The notes: a model not told the origin generated them from the sequence alone. Counted from the whole stretch's first letter, positions 1 to 12,165 are shown. The stretch is DNA of 54,877 nucleotides, filler included, from Malassezia furfur (GCA_052055015.1; 2 parts of 2 records of this genome joined end to end with filler, not necessarily neighbours in it); one strand, 5' to 3'. Numbers and translations: made by a program.

Positions 1-1
1 G

Positions 2-1051
2 CCGCCGCCGCCCGAGCCGAGCCGCACGCGCGAGGAGCTGCCGAGCGAGCAGGCGCCCGTGTGGCGCCAGTTCCGCGTGCAGTTCCCCACGTTCCACCAC
101 CGCCGCCGCGCCGCGTCGGACGCCGCTCACCGCCAGCGTGCGCCGCGCGACGGCGCCGCGCATGCGTGTGCATGCGATCCGCCGCTCGGCTACGGCACGC
201 TGCGCACCGTGCACACCGAGGTGGAGTGGCTCTTTCCGCCGGCCGCGCCCGTGGTGCATCTGCCGCGCGCGGCCCAAGGGGCAGCGGACCGTACACGCGC
301 GCCGCCCGAGCGTGCGCCGAGCGCGCATGCGCGCGCGCCGCTTGACCAGGACGCGATGGCCGCTGCGATCGTGGGCGACGTCGACACGGGCGCGGACGCG
401 GCGCTGTTTGAAGACGAGGCGCTGCAGCAGTTGCCCGCGCACCTGCGCCGGCCCGTGCCGCGCGTCAAGCTGCCGGCGGTCGCGTCGTGGCGTGCGCCCC
501 GTACACTCTTGCCGACGTACGCCAACGGCACGGACGGCGCGCGCGGCGCGGGGCTGTTTGAGCCGCGCACACACGGCGTGCCGCTCGTGTCGCTGCCCGA
601 CCGCATCCTGCCCGAGACGCCCGTGACTGCTGCGGCGTCGGCGACATGGGGTACCGGCACGCTGGGGCTGCCGCTGCTCGACAACAACCACCACCTGAAG
701 CGTGTGTGGTCGTCGTCGGCGCCACAGAGCGCGACGCAGCCCAAAAACTCGCTCGAGGGGCTCGTCGACGATACGCTGCCCGAGCCCGTCGCGCTGCACG
801 AGCTGCACGACACGCCGCACTCGTCGACGCACGAGCTGGATGCGATTGCGGCCCCCTTCCAGCCCGCGGCCAAGCGCGACGACGCGCAGCCGTGGCCGTA
901 CCTGGCGCGCGAGCGTACCAACCCCACCGCGTACCGGAACATGCGCCCGCCGTACACCACCACGCACACGATGCCCACGCCGGACCAGGGCGCGATCCCC
1001 TACATGCTCCCGGCGGACTACTCCGACTTTGTCCTGTCCGACACCTGGTAG
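2..1051 (+). CDS. Hypothetical protein, 5'-partial (frame open from window edge)
   Basis: Stop-free frame from position 2 to TAG at 1051 with GC3-rich codons; no family recognised. Confidence 0.65.
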   Translation, partial: PPPPEPSRTREELPSEQAPVWRQFRVQFPTFHHRRRAASDAAHRQRAPRDGAAHACACDPPLGYGTLRTVHTEVEWLFPPAAPVVHLPRAAQGAADRTRAPPERAPSAHARAPLDQDAMAAAIVGDVDTGADAALFEDEALQQLPAHLRRPVPRVKLPAVASWRAPRTLLPTYANGTDGARGAGLFEPRTHGVPLVSLPDRILPETPVTAAASATWGTGTLGLPLLDNNHHLKRVWSSSAPQSATQPKNSLEGLVDDTLPEPVALHELHDTPHSSTHELDAIAAPFQPAAKRDDAQPWPYLARERTNPTAYRNMRPPYTTTHTMPTPDQGAIPYMLPADYSDFVLSDTW

Positions 1052-1148
1052 TCGCGCTGCGGGCAGCGATGCACACGCGCCGGGCTTGGACGGCGCGCCG
1101 TGCCGCGTCGTTCGTCACATAGGTCGTTCGTTGCTTCCTACCCCCTGA

Positions 1149-2155
1149 CTATCTCCCCCGTGCAAACTGTAGCGCCGGGCCCAGGCGCGCGGCATGCGGC
1201 GCAGCCACACGCCCGCCGGCGCCACGCACCGCCGTCGCAGCAGGCGTGGAGGTGCGTGCATGCGTGCGCTTCCGCTTGGGGCGCGCGAGGTGCGCAAATT
1301 CACCGCCCTCCTGGAACGCAGGGTCGTTCAGACCGAGCGGGTCGTCGGGGTCCTTGGCACGCGGCTTCCTCTGGGCCGCAGGCGCACGCTTCACGGCATC
1401 GATCGCACTCGCACGCACGTCGTTCGCGCGCAGACCCAGCTTGCGTTTCCGGTACGCCCGCTCACGCGCCGACGGCAGCGCACGGCTGGGGTCCAGCGGC
1501 TCGTGCTCCAGCGCCGCATCGACCACATCCACCTCGCGCTCAGGCGCCAACGCACGCACGAGTGTCGCCTCGTGGGCCACGCGCACCATCGGCTGCCCAT
1601 CGCGCCCGCGCGCATACCGCCTCTTGGGCGCAGGCGCCGGAGACGGCGCAGAGTGCTGCAGCGCCGCACGCGCTTGGGCATCGCGGTGCGCAAATGCCGC
1701 GGCAAACAGCGCGGGGTCCAATCGCGACGCAACGCGCTCGCCCGATGATGCGGACGCCACCGCGTCCTCTTCGTCCTCTTCGTCCTCGTCCGCCTTTTCG
1801 TCCGCCTGCGCGCGCCGAGCACGGCGCGACGCCTGGGCGGGTTTTGCGCGCCGTTGTTGCTTTTCACGCCGCGCCTCATGTTCACTGAATGAGCTCATGC
1901 CACGTACCGCTCCCTGCGCTTCTGCTCCGCCGAGGCGCTCGCACGCGCCGCTTTCCGTGCCGACTGCGTCGTGATTTCTTCCACCTCGGACCCCGAATCG
2001 GACTCGGGCTCGTCCTCACTTGCAGCGGACGCAGAGGGCGTGGCATCTACCTCCTCGTCCGAGTCGTTAGGATCGAGCGGGCCGGCATCCTCACCGAACT
2101 CCTCCTCCTCCAAATCAAACGTCTTATGCGCACCAGTCGACTTGGGCGCCGGCAT
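1149..2155 (-). CDS. Acidic/basic low-complexity protein, possibly nucleolar (Bud21/Utp16-like); 2 exons
   Basis: ATG 2155 (MPAPKSTG...); 23-nt intron 1885-1907 (GTACGT...CTCATTCAG) joins ORF 1895-2233 in frame to ORF 1149-1898; family assignment is weak. Confidence 0.65.
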
Positions 2156-2216
2156 CGTGGCGAGGCGACAAATTTTTGCGATCGGGCGCCCGATGGGTGC
2201 ACGTCCGATGGTCGTC

Positions 2217-3091
2217 ATGCAGCCAACGCTCACCGAGGTGTTTGGCGCGTACCGGGACGAAATCGATGCATATGTGCGTGCCGCACACTCACACAGAACG
2301 ACAAACGCGAGCGCCTGATCAAGACATCACGCGACGTCACGTCGCTCTCGAAAAAACTCATTTTTCACCTGCACCGCTTCTCTGTCGCGGCCGGATGGCC
2401 TGCCGCGGCACGCGATACCAAGAATGCGAAGCTCTTTGACGACGCACATGCCAAGTTACAAGAAGTATATACAATCCTGCGCACCTGCGCCGAAGCGGAG
2501 CAGCTGCACAGCGACACGCGCAAACCGAGCCCCACCATGCTCCGGTTCGAGCGATTCATCGGCGCGTCCCTCGAGGAGATGGTGCGTGCGCGCCTGCTCA
2601 CCCAGATCGAGGCCGCTACATTTCTGTATATCCTCCAGCACGATGCCCTGATGCCGCTGGACGCTATTCAGGCGCCTCTGCGTAGCGACGCCCACCCATT
2701 GGTACGTGTTTCTCCGCCCTGACGCGATCAGCTGCTCTACATTACACCCGAACGGTATCTGTTGGGCCTCTCAGACCTCACCGGTGAGCTGATGCGGTTT
2801 GCCATCAACTCGGTCGGTAGCCCGGATGCACCTGCCATTCTCGAACGTGTCGTGGGGATGCAACGGGCCATCTACGACGGTACGAGCCACTGACTCACAC
2901 CAGCGCTCGAACCGCTCGCGCCTTTTCAAAACGAGATCCGGAAAAAGCAGCAGGTTTCGCTTACATCGTTACGAAAGGTCGAAGATGCTGCCTATACGCT
3001 GCGTGTACGCAGCTCCGAATACTCTGATCCGGCCATGGTCCAAGAGATGGTCCGCCGAGCATTGCAATCCACCGAGCCGGAAGATTCATAG
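2217..3091 (+). CDS. TSNAX: Translin-associated factor X (TRAX, translin family); 5 exons
   Basis: Spliced product has RERLIKTSRDVTSLSKKLIFHLHR, SLEEM-IEA, YLLGLSDLTGELMRFAIN and SLRKVEDAAYTLRVRSSE; introns 2274-2296, 2582-2605, 2702-2731, 2880-2903; in-frame alternative ATGs at 2193 and 2208. Confidence 0.9.
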
Positions 3092-3097
3092 CAATGT

Positions 3098-3354
3098 TTA
3101 GAACACGGGGGCCAACATCCAGCCAGCCTTGCGCATGAACAGCACACCCAGGCCAAAGAAGGCGACGCTCCAGCCGACCGCAACGTTGCTCCAGAACTTG
3201 GCGGGGTTCGTGATCTCCTCACGCCACCAACGCACGAGCCACGAAGGCTGCGGCTGCTGCGGGCGACGCGACGGGTTGTTCAGGAAACCTTGCTGGGCAG
3301 AGCTGGGATGAGCCGCGGTTCCACCTACAGATACGATCCACCTTTCTGCGACAT
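3098..3354 (-). CDS. Small C-terminally anchored membrane protein, Tom6-like (mitochondrial outer-membrane translocase subunit)
   Basis: ATG 3354 plus a ~32-nt intron gives ~74 aa with a single hydrophobic segment VAVGWSVAFFGLGVLFM and C-terminal MLAPVF. Confidence 0.55.
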
Positions 3355-3425
3355 GGTGTGGCGACACGAGAAGAAGTGGTCACGTGCAGGCACCCGCTGG
3401 TGTGTGCGCTACGCTGTGGGCCAAC

Positions 3426-6196
3426 ATGTCCGGGGGAGAGGCACGGTTCGAGGTCCCGCGCTATGCGCTCGAGGAGCTGCGTGCCGAGCCGCAACGGCTT
3501 ATGCACTACTTACAAGCCCCAAGTACACAAGACACAGAGCGTAACGCGTACACAGCGGCAGACTTGCGTCTCTTGCCCCTCCTGAATACGCACGCGGAGC
3601 ATCCCGACCGCAAGGCGGCGGTCGAGCACGCCAACCACGCCAACCACGAGGCCCTGCAAACACTCCAAAATGTCGAGACGAATCTGCGTACGATCCTTTC
3701 TTCCGTGCTCCATGAAGATTACAACGACGAGGATTTGGCTGAGCCGCTGCAACACTTGGCCGAGCAACTGCAGGCGCCAGCCTCTAGCACCGCCGCCCAA
3801 CAGCGCGAGGAAGCGAATGGCTTGCACAACGAAACACTAGAGCAACTCTATATTGCACGCAACTGCACACAGCTTCTTGCAGAGGCCGACGAGGTGGAAG
3901 CGCATGCGTCGGCGCACGCGGATGACGTACAGGCCCAGATGAATGCACTGCAACGACTCGCAGCGCTGGTGGATGGCATCTCGCTGAGTAGTCAGGATGA
4001 TGGGCTTCATCTTCCGAAACGCGCACGCGAGGAACTTGTCCGCCGTCGTGACACACTGTACGGCCAGTTGGAGCAGCGCTACCATACTGCTCTGCGGGAA
4101 GCATTGCACGCCATACACTGGCCACCGCCGGAACTCGAGAACCCTGAATCGACCAAGAACCGTGATGCAAAACCTGTGCACCTCTTGGGTAATGCGCGAT
4201 TGGAGGGTGCCTGGTCTGACGTTTGCGAGCTACAGCTGACGGGCGCGGAGCTGGGGCTGTGCGGAGCGCCCAGCTGCATTAAGCCATTGCCCTTGGTCTC
4301 CACGAGTGAGGTCCCTCGGAGCACGTCGGAACAGCCTGGATCCGATGCTTACGTGCCTCTCACAGCGGCAACCATTCTTTTCCAGCCGATCCTGCTGCGG
4401 TTCCGCTACCACTTCGACAGCGACCGTTCCACAAATCGGCTCGACAAACCAGAATGGTTTTTGCGGCACATGCTTGCGCTTGTGCAGATGAACAGCGAAC
4501 TTTTTGCACCGGCGCCAGATGCATGGCATTCAGGCGGCCAAGTCGCTGAGCTTACGCGGCTTCGCCGGCCCACGTCACCGGACCAGCCGTTCCGCAAGCG
4601 CCACATCTTTGCTGACACGTCCGCAGAGCTGCTCCACAATGCGCTGTATCCCCTGCGTAAAAAGATTCACGCCTCGATGCCGCTGCTAGCTCCGGAGCCG
4701 GCCTTGTTGGCGCACAGCATCTTCCAATACCTCACCTTTGATGCCGATCTGCGAGAAATGTATCGTCCCGCTTTGTTGGTTGCCGATGGACGGGGGGCTG
4801 TACGACTCGCTGATGATGTTCTGGGCAACGATACTTGGTTCAAGCAATGGCTCGACGGCGAGCGCGTCTTTGCACAGCGCCGCTTCGACGCGGTGCTGGA
4901 GTCGCCTACGGCGTGGACGTTGGTGCAAGCAGACACACTCACGAACGAAAACGATCCCAGCCTCGATTCAGTTACTGACCCTGCAAGAGATGCAGACGCC
5001 GCAGCGGATGCATTGACCACAACTTTGTCTGCCTGCACGTTGACCAACATCTTGGCCGGTGTCACCGAGCGCTATCAGCCGCTCCATTCGCTTTCCCAAC
5101 AGTGTGCATTCGTTATCCATGTCCAACGCCCACTTTTGTCCCAGTTTGAAGTGCGCCTTTCGCGTCACATGGATGCGGTGGAAACCATGAGCAGCGTCTT
5201 TTCACGTGCCATTCCTGGTGAAATCGGATCTCTGGCGGCCTCGTCTAATAATGACGAGGTGCGTGGGACGAAGGGAATCACCCGCGTGGTCAAGGCACTA
5301 CTTTCCGCGGAGTTTGTGTGCCATCAACTTGAAGAATGGTCGGAGACCTCCTTCTTTTTGGACATGAACGAAAACATTGCGTCGCTGGACAAGTCGTCGA
5401 CCTTGTACCGGTTGATGATGCCATCCCAGTCGCAGGATGAATTGGACTCGGCCAGCCTAATCTTGGCAATGAAGCGCGGATTCCAACGAGGTGCTCATGT
5501 TGCAGCAAACTTGCGACCCTTGGCCTCTTCGAACTCGGAGGAACCAGAAACTGGTGCTGCCACTACGCCGGACAAGCAGGCTTCGGGCGTATGGGACAAG
5601 TCACGATCGCAGTTCCAGGATATCTCCGATCGTTCGAAACGTGCCTTGGAACGCTTGGTTGTATCAGAAGTGCTGGAGTCTTTGCGCCCTTACATACAAC
5701 GGTATGCCAGCATACTAACACACAGTCGATGGGATCGTGAACAAACCCCCGAAGTGAGCACAGCCGAAGAGGAGAAACAGGACGAAGACGTACCGCAGAA
5801 TCTCGAAATACCAAGCAAGGAGCTTCTACCAGCTTTGGCCAAACTCTCAATGCTTTTGTCTCACCTGGTCAAATTATGCCCTCCTCGACTTCTCCTACCA
5901 TTGTACCGGCAAATCGCGGGGTCGCTGAGCAAAGCAGTCATCGAGAGAGTGTTGATGCCAAGTACGTTCTCACTTTATCTGACCTTACAGATGTGCGCAT
6001 ATCACAGCAATTTGCGTCAGGGCAAGCCAGACGTTTCCAGCTGGATGTCCAACAAGGGTGGCTCCATGTGGTCAAGGAGTTGTCTGAGTTGCCTCAAGTA
6101 ACGACCCGACGTGCCAGACATGAGCCAACAGGCCTTGGCAATAACCCGGAATCGGCTTGGAGATTGCTGATTGATGCTAGCCAGCAAATGTCATAA
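3426..6196 (+). CDS. TIP20: RINT1/TIP20 family ER-Golgi tethering protein; 3 exons
   Basis: Signature RFRYHFDSDRSTNRLDKPEWFL; introns 5702-5725 (in frame) and 5962-5990. Confidence 0.9.
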
Positions 6197-6325
6197 GTAC
6201 ATATACATCATATCCTACGTCCTTTTTTACTCCATACTAGTGGGAACCTACCACAAATGCTCTCGCGGATTTCAAAAATTCTCTCTCCACTTGCATGCAA
6301 TAGAGATTTTTACCGCAAAAAAAAG

Positions 6326-6410
6326 CTTCCGCGCCGGGAATTGAACCCGGGTCTGGTCCGAACCAAGTCGTAATGACAAGGACCCGTCATAGCCACTAAA
6401 CTACGCAGAA
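6326..6410 (-). tRNA. tRNA-Asp(GTC) with 13-nt intron
   Basis: Acceptor stem TTCTGCG/CGCGGAA, anticodon stem GGTCC/GGACC, GTC anticodon 6375-6377, intron 6361-6373, GGTTCAATTCC T-arm, downstream oligo-T Pol III terminator. Confidence 0.93.
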
Positions 6411-6741
6411 CGCTCTGTACAGGTGGCTGCATTTTCGATATATATGCCTTCCAAAGGGTAGAGCACACCAGCTTCCTCTGGCTTTTCATTAAGAATTAAT
6501 GTGTTGCATTCTATGATGGCGCGCAATCCACGATGATAATCTTTACACATAGTATTGATGCTTATATAGAGCGATACTTTATCTGAAATCTCATGCTATG
6601 TGCACCATGAAATAGAGAACTGAGCATTAGGGTACATTAGTACACAAGCGTCACTGGCGTATTACCCAGAACATGTAGGATTTGTATAAAACCTGTACAC
6701 ATGATTATATTGGCATATTCCCAACTCGTATTGTATCCCGA

Positions 6742-6826
6742 AGCTCGGTGGTGCAGTGGATAGCATGTGGGGCTCATATTAATATGCGGCACCCCAAGGT
6801 CGACGGATCGAAACCGTCCTGAGCTA
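6742..6826 (+). tRNA. Initiator tRNA-Met(CAT) with 12-nt intron
   Basis: A1-U72 pair, GGGG/CCCC anticodon stem, CAT 6775-6777, GATCGAAA T-loop (A54/A60), intron 6779-6790, downstream oligo-T. Confidence 0.9.
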
Positions 6827-6904
6827 CATTTTTTTCCTCCAGCATACTTCGCTGCCCACAATTGTGGAGGGAACTGATTTTTTATTTCATGACATGGAAC
6901 ATAT

Positions 6905-8386
6905 TTACGGCATGCTATTTCCAGCGCGTATGGAAGGTGATACGCAAGGGTATCGATAATCTCCGAAAGGAAGCTTTCGAGCGAGGTCGTATAATCGGTC
7001 CTCCTCTTTCGTCGGATCGTCGAACTTCAAAATGGAGATGTCGTCGGGGCGATTGTCATTGCGTGAATTTGCCATATAGGATGGGAATCTGGAATCTTGA
7101 TTCAGTTGCGTTCTCTCGTTAGCCTCTTGGGTTCCTCCATTATGGTCGGGGTCACCAGTGCTTTGTGGCTTTGATGAGTTTTGAATCCAATATTTCCCTT
7201 TCCCTTGATCAATGTAGCGCAGTCCTGCTCGGCTTCGTCGACTCAACGCACGCGATTGATAAACCGTGGTGTCGTTGGGCTCGACTGCTTGATAAGTATA
7301 GCCTGTTCCTCGGAATGTTGAAATGGTGTCCGAAATGATGTCACCAATCTCAAAGCTGTCGCGTAGCGCGTACAAGAATGGCATACGCCCAGCGAGTTTA
7401 TAAGGAGGCTGGACGAAATCAAGATATGAGAACGCATAGGCATGGCCCACAGCGAAAAAAGGCATCTCCAGGCAGATGAGAGCATCCTGTAAAGCGGCAG
7501 AGAGATAAATATCATCTCGAACGGAGCCAACTGGAAGTTAGTCGCTTGCGCTTAAGTATACGCACTGTGACGGATAATGCCAGCGGCAACCAAGATGGAG
7601 ATAGTGAGACCTTGCCAGAAACTGAAGAAGATCACACCCTTCACACACATAAACTTGCCAGCGACATGGAATGGCTTCAGTTCAGAGCGGAGGCACATCC
7701 AAAAGATGGTCAGAGAATATAATGCAATGAATACTGAGACATCTAGGGTTAATAATGTGTAGCACATACTGTAAAGTAGGGAGATCCATGTGTAGCCGTT
7801 CTCAAGGCCTAGTCGACCATCTTGGTATTTACCAAGGAACTTCAACAATACCGTAGCAATGGCCAAGATAGGTTTAAATTGAACGTATTCTAGAGGTCAG
7901 AAATCCGACGTACGTTGGACGCCACGCTTAACCCAAAGGAAAATGTATGGGTCGCTCAGATCAGCCGGCGCCAAGAACAGACTGAGCGGAAAGATATGAG
8001 GTGTAGGGTTTCTCCCACGAAGCATGGTCAAGATTTCACTCTCGCCTGAAAGATATTCCACCAAGAGGTTGAAGAAGCAGTAGATCACAAATGCTTCGTA
8101 CAGATCACGAACCAACCCGATCATCTCGGCAAGTTGAAGGGAATAGAGCGAAATGGCCGAAGTGATAGTATACAATAGGGGCCTAGCGTTAGCCTTGTAT
8201 GTGCACATACATGACAAGAATTCGTACGACATATCGTTGGAGAAAGGGCTTGTAATAATGCTTTAATTGCAGCCAGATAGAATATGAAGAGTACACTGTG
8301 GTGAACAGTGTGGCACAAGTACACAGGAGAAGTAGACGGATAGGAAGAGACCTACCCGACCCTTCGTCTCTGTCACTTAGAAACAT
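6905..8386 (-). CDS. TMEM184/OST-alpha (DUF300) family membrane protein; 5 exons
   Basis: Motifs LQRYVVRILVM-P, VRDLYEAFVIYCFF, KRGV-QYVQFKP, KFMCVKGVIFFSFWQG; introns 8183-8210, 7890-7913, 7743-7769, 7531-7565. Confidence 0.9.
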
Positions 8387-8701
8387 GACGAGGTGTGCGC
8401 GTTGAACGCCGGTCCGCACCAAGTGTGTTACAAATTGTTGGCGCCCACGGTCGTGTGGAGAACTACACACGGCCAATCCATTCCCGGATGTCTGAAGGCC
8501 CGCCAATTCACATAGCCCAAAGAACAAGGAGTCAGGCTCAAAGATGCATCACATTGGGTGCATAAGTCATCCCAGCCAATCCCCACGCAAGTCTGTTCAC
8601 GATGCTCAGCCTTTCGTTGATCCATCTTTTCATACAGGGTCAAATATGGGATGCTACGTCATGGTGAGGTAACACGATATGCAAACGCGTAAGTAGGGCG
8701 T

Positions 8702-9227
8702 TTAGTGCGTCTTCTTCACGCTGGCAGTGTCCCAGGCCTCGCGCTCGTCATCGGCGCGCTGGATCTCCCTGAGAAGCGGGGTCAAATAGCGAATGTCCTG
8801 GGGTCAGTCTCATTAAAAGTGACATACGTTCTCAGGAGTGGTCCACTCCTCCTTGGCAAGCGGGCGCTGCAGGATGGAGCACTGCATCGCGCGCCGGAAG
8901 CGGTAGACACGGTCATAGGCCTCGCGCGACTCGAGACGGGAAATGGCCTACACGTTAGTCATGTTCTTTCGTGCGCTAACCAAGGCGCACATATTAAGTA
9001 GATACGAACCTTCTGTGCTTGCGCATTCTCCTCCTCGAGAAGATCGTCGTAACGGAGACCGAACTGACGGTAGCCAGCGGTCTGAGCGTACGCGTTCGCG
9101 ACGGGCTTGAAGAACTTCAGGAGCGTCGGGGACGACTGGATGTACTTCGCGAACGAAATGGACTTCTGTAGTGAGTAAGTTTGGTTAGTATCACGCCAAA
9201 AGACCGCAGACGACGTACCGAGGCCAT
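8702..9227 (-). CDS. QCR7: Cytochrome bc1 complex subunit 7; 4 exons
   Basis: AGYRQFGLRYDDLLEEEN, EAYDRVYRFRRAMQCS, DIRYLTP; three GT-AG introns. Confidence 0.92.
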
Positions 9228-9384
9228 GGTTCAAATTACGCTAGCACCGTAGCCAGGTGGAAGATGATTGAAAATAGCTGTAATGCCAATGAATCCGGTC
9301 TGTCCCGCGCCGGTGATTACCAACTCGTTTTCACGTGACCATACCTCCGCGTCACCTCCACCTTCGTGCTTCTGACTGGGTGGG

Positions 9385-11066
9385 ATGTCAGGCCAAGCAC
9401 GTCCCAGGACAATTGCGGTGCTAGGCGGAGGCATATCTGGCCTTACTGCAGCATATTCTTTGTCCAAGTCACTTCTAAACCATCGTATTATTGTTCTTGA
9501 AGCAAGCTCCCGGCTAGGCGGCTGGGTGCACAGTGAGCGAGTCCGTGTGCACGAACCACCTGTTCAACAAGATGCTACGGCCTTGTTAGAATCGGGTCCA
9601 CGGAGTCTAATGCCGGGGAAATACAAAGGGATTCGTACATTGGAAATGGTGCGTAGTAACAGAAGCTTACACAGGTTGCGGATCTGGGCCTTGCCGACCG
9701 CATGGTGCTCGTTCCCCGCACCTCCAAGTCCGCCAAGAACCGATTTCTGTATTATGGCGGGAAACTGAACCGTTTGCCATCCTCACTATTTGGGGCAATT
9801 GGTGCAGCTATGCGTCTTCCAGTGATACGAGAAACGTTGTCGGGTGTGATTCGCGAGCCATGGGTGCAGCAGAAAGCAACTACGCATGAGGACGAATCCG
9901 TACACTCGCTTGTCTCCCGTCGTTTTGGGCAGCCACTCGCAGACAACTTGGTGTCTGCTATGATGCATGGAATCTATGCGGGGGACTCGCGCGAATTAAG
10001 CGCTCAAAGCATCGTGCCGTTCCTCGTGGACTTGGAAGAAACGCACGGAAGTGTACTGCGAGCTCTTATACCCTTTCCTTCGAAACTGAACAAGAAGTTC
10101 AAAGAGGGAATGAAGAGCCGTTCTGCTGAAGACAAACAAAAGGCACTGGAGGTTGCTAAGCGAATGGACCCTCAGTTTGTGGAAAAAATGCGCAAGACAA
10201 GTATCTATTCTTTCCCTAATGGACTGCAAGAGATCATTGACGCATTGAATGACCGCGTAATGGCGACACAAAATACAGAATTTCGGATGGGATCAGCTTG
10301 CACGCAGATCGAACTCAATGCAGATGGGTTTGCCCTTGGCGTACAAAATGAAGTCGGTAAACTTCAGGTGGACCGCGTAGTGGCGGCGCTTCCGAGTGCT
10401 AAACTGGCCACACTCTTGCCTAATTTGCCGCATCTTGGCCACAATCCAGCGGCAACATTGAGCGTGGTGGATGTGATATTGGCGCCCCCAGATGGATCGC
10501 CCATGCAGTACAAGTTACCTATCGAAGGATTCGGATTTCTGGTACCTCGCAGCGCAAAAAACAACCCCGATGAGATTCTTGGAGTCGTATTGGACAGCGA
10601 CGCTGTACCGAACCAAGGTCAAGTCGATGCCAGCGGCAAGCCACCATTTATTAAGATGACCGTTATGATGGGGGGGCCGTATTGGCGGGGAAAGAAACAC
10701 AGCGAACTCCCCACGGTCAAAGAGGCAGAAGAGCGAGCGCTTCGTGCTCTCCACAACATGCTCGGAATTCCTATGTCTATCCTTGAAACACATGTGCGAT
10801 ACCTTTCCGGACACATTTTGAAAGACACCATTCCACAATATCTTGTCGGGCATCCCAAGCGGATGCAAGAGCTACACGATGCACTTATTTCCGATCCTCG
10901 TTGGCGGGACCGACTTACCCTCCTGGGCTTCAGCTATGCGGGTGTTGGGATCAACGATTGTGTTGCCAATGCGCTTGATGCAAGCGATGCCATTATCCAA
11001 CAAGAGCTTGGTATACACAGTGATGATACAACGAGTGTCGGAACAGGGCTGAGTTTGGCAATGTAA
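9385..11066 (+). CDS. HEM14: Protoporphyrinogen oxidase; 2 exons
   Basis: FAD motif VLGGGISGL, RLGGW, LESGPRSL, GIYAGD, GFGFLVPR, IPQYLVGH, GVGINDC; 26-nt intron 9649-9674. Confidence 0.93.
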
Positions 11067-11139
11067 TGAAGAAAATATACTCCGGGAACCCTGTTATTTA
11101 CCAGTCCTATGTATGATAGGTGTTGAAGGGCGCGTGTAT

Positions 11140-12165
11140 TTATTCCTTGAAGAAGCTCAGCAGGTCTTGCACATCTTCCTTGGAACCGAGGAAGATAGGG
11201 CAGCGCTCGTGGATGCTCGTGGGCTCCACGTCCAACACACGCTTCTCACCAGTCGTGGCGAGACCGCCAGCCTGCTCAGCAAGGAAGGCCATAGGGAAAG
11301 CTTCGTAGAGCATACGGAGCTTACCCTTGGTCGACTTCTTGTCCGCGGGGTAGCAGAAAATGCCGCCATACAGGAGCGTACGGTGCACGTCGGCAACCAT
11401 GGAACCGATATAGCGAGCCGAGTACGGCTTCTTGGGAGGCTCAGGGAACTTGATCGACTCCAGGTACTTGGTAATAGGAGAGTGGTAGTACATTGCGTTA
11501 CCCTCGTTGATCGAGTAGATTTGGCCGCGGGGCGGAATCTGGATCTTCGGGTGCGTCAAAATGAACTCGCCAATGCTGTTGTCCAGCGTGAAACCATCGA
11601 CACCGGTACCCGTCGAAAGGACGATGTTTGCCGAGGATCCGTACATGCAGTAGCCGGCAGCCACCATCTCGCGGCCAGGACGCAGCACGTCCTTAACAGA
11701 GCCCGTCGAGCCTGGCTGGACCTGGTAGATACCGAAAATGGTACCAACGTTGACACCAGCGTCAATGTTGCTCGAACCATCCAGCGGGTCGAAGACGAGG
11801 CAGTACTTGCCGGTCTCGGCGGAGCGGCGATCAGAAACAATGATCGCCTCCTCCTCTTCCTCCGATACGAGCACAGCCGACTGACCCGAAGCAACCAAAG
11901 CGTTGACCATGACCTCGTTAGAGATCACGTCAAGCTTCTTTTGGTCCTCACCCTGCACGTTCTGCGCGCCGGCCACACCGGTCATATTGTTCAGACGCGC
12001 TTTGCGGACGAGGTTCTCAATGACTTTGCACGTAGTCTGCAGCGAGTTCAACAGAAGCGTGAACTCGCCAGTGACCTGCTTTTGGTTCGCCATCTTGAAC
12101 CCTTCGTTCAGCACATGGCGCGAGAGCGTGATAATGTCCGTCTCCGGCGGTTGGAAGTCACCCAT
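11140..12165 (-). CDS. FBP1: Fructose-1,6-bisphosphatase
   Basis: NVQGEDQKKLDV, FDPLDGSSNID, RYIGSMVADVHRTL, GKLRMLYEAFPM. Confidence 0.97.
   Translation of the reverse strand: MGDFQPPETDIITLSRHVLNEGFKMANQKQVTGEFTLLLNSLQTTCKVIENLVRKARLNNMTGVAGAQNVQGEDQKKLDVISNEVMVNALVASGQSAVLVSEEEEEAIIVSDRRSAETGKYCLVFDPLDGSSNIDAGVNVGTIFGIYQVQPGSTGSVKDVLRPGREMVAAGYCMYGSSANIVLSTGTGVDGFTLDNSIGEFILTHPKIQIPPRGQIYSINEGNAMYYHSPITKYLESIKFPEPPKKPYSARYIGSMVADVHRTLLYGGIFCYPADKKSTKGKLRMLYEAFPMAFLAEQAGGLATTGEKRVLDVEPTSIHERCPIFLGSKEDVQDLLSFFKE

Noticed and set aside
6411..6741. Active Malassezia-type centromere core
   Set aside because: Only about 330 bp and about 34% GC in the part counted, much less AT-rich than described cores; kept only as a relic hypothesis
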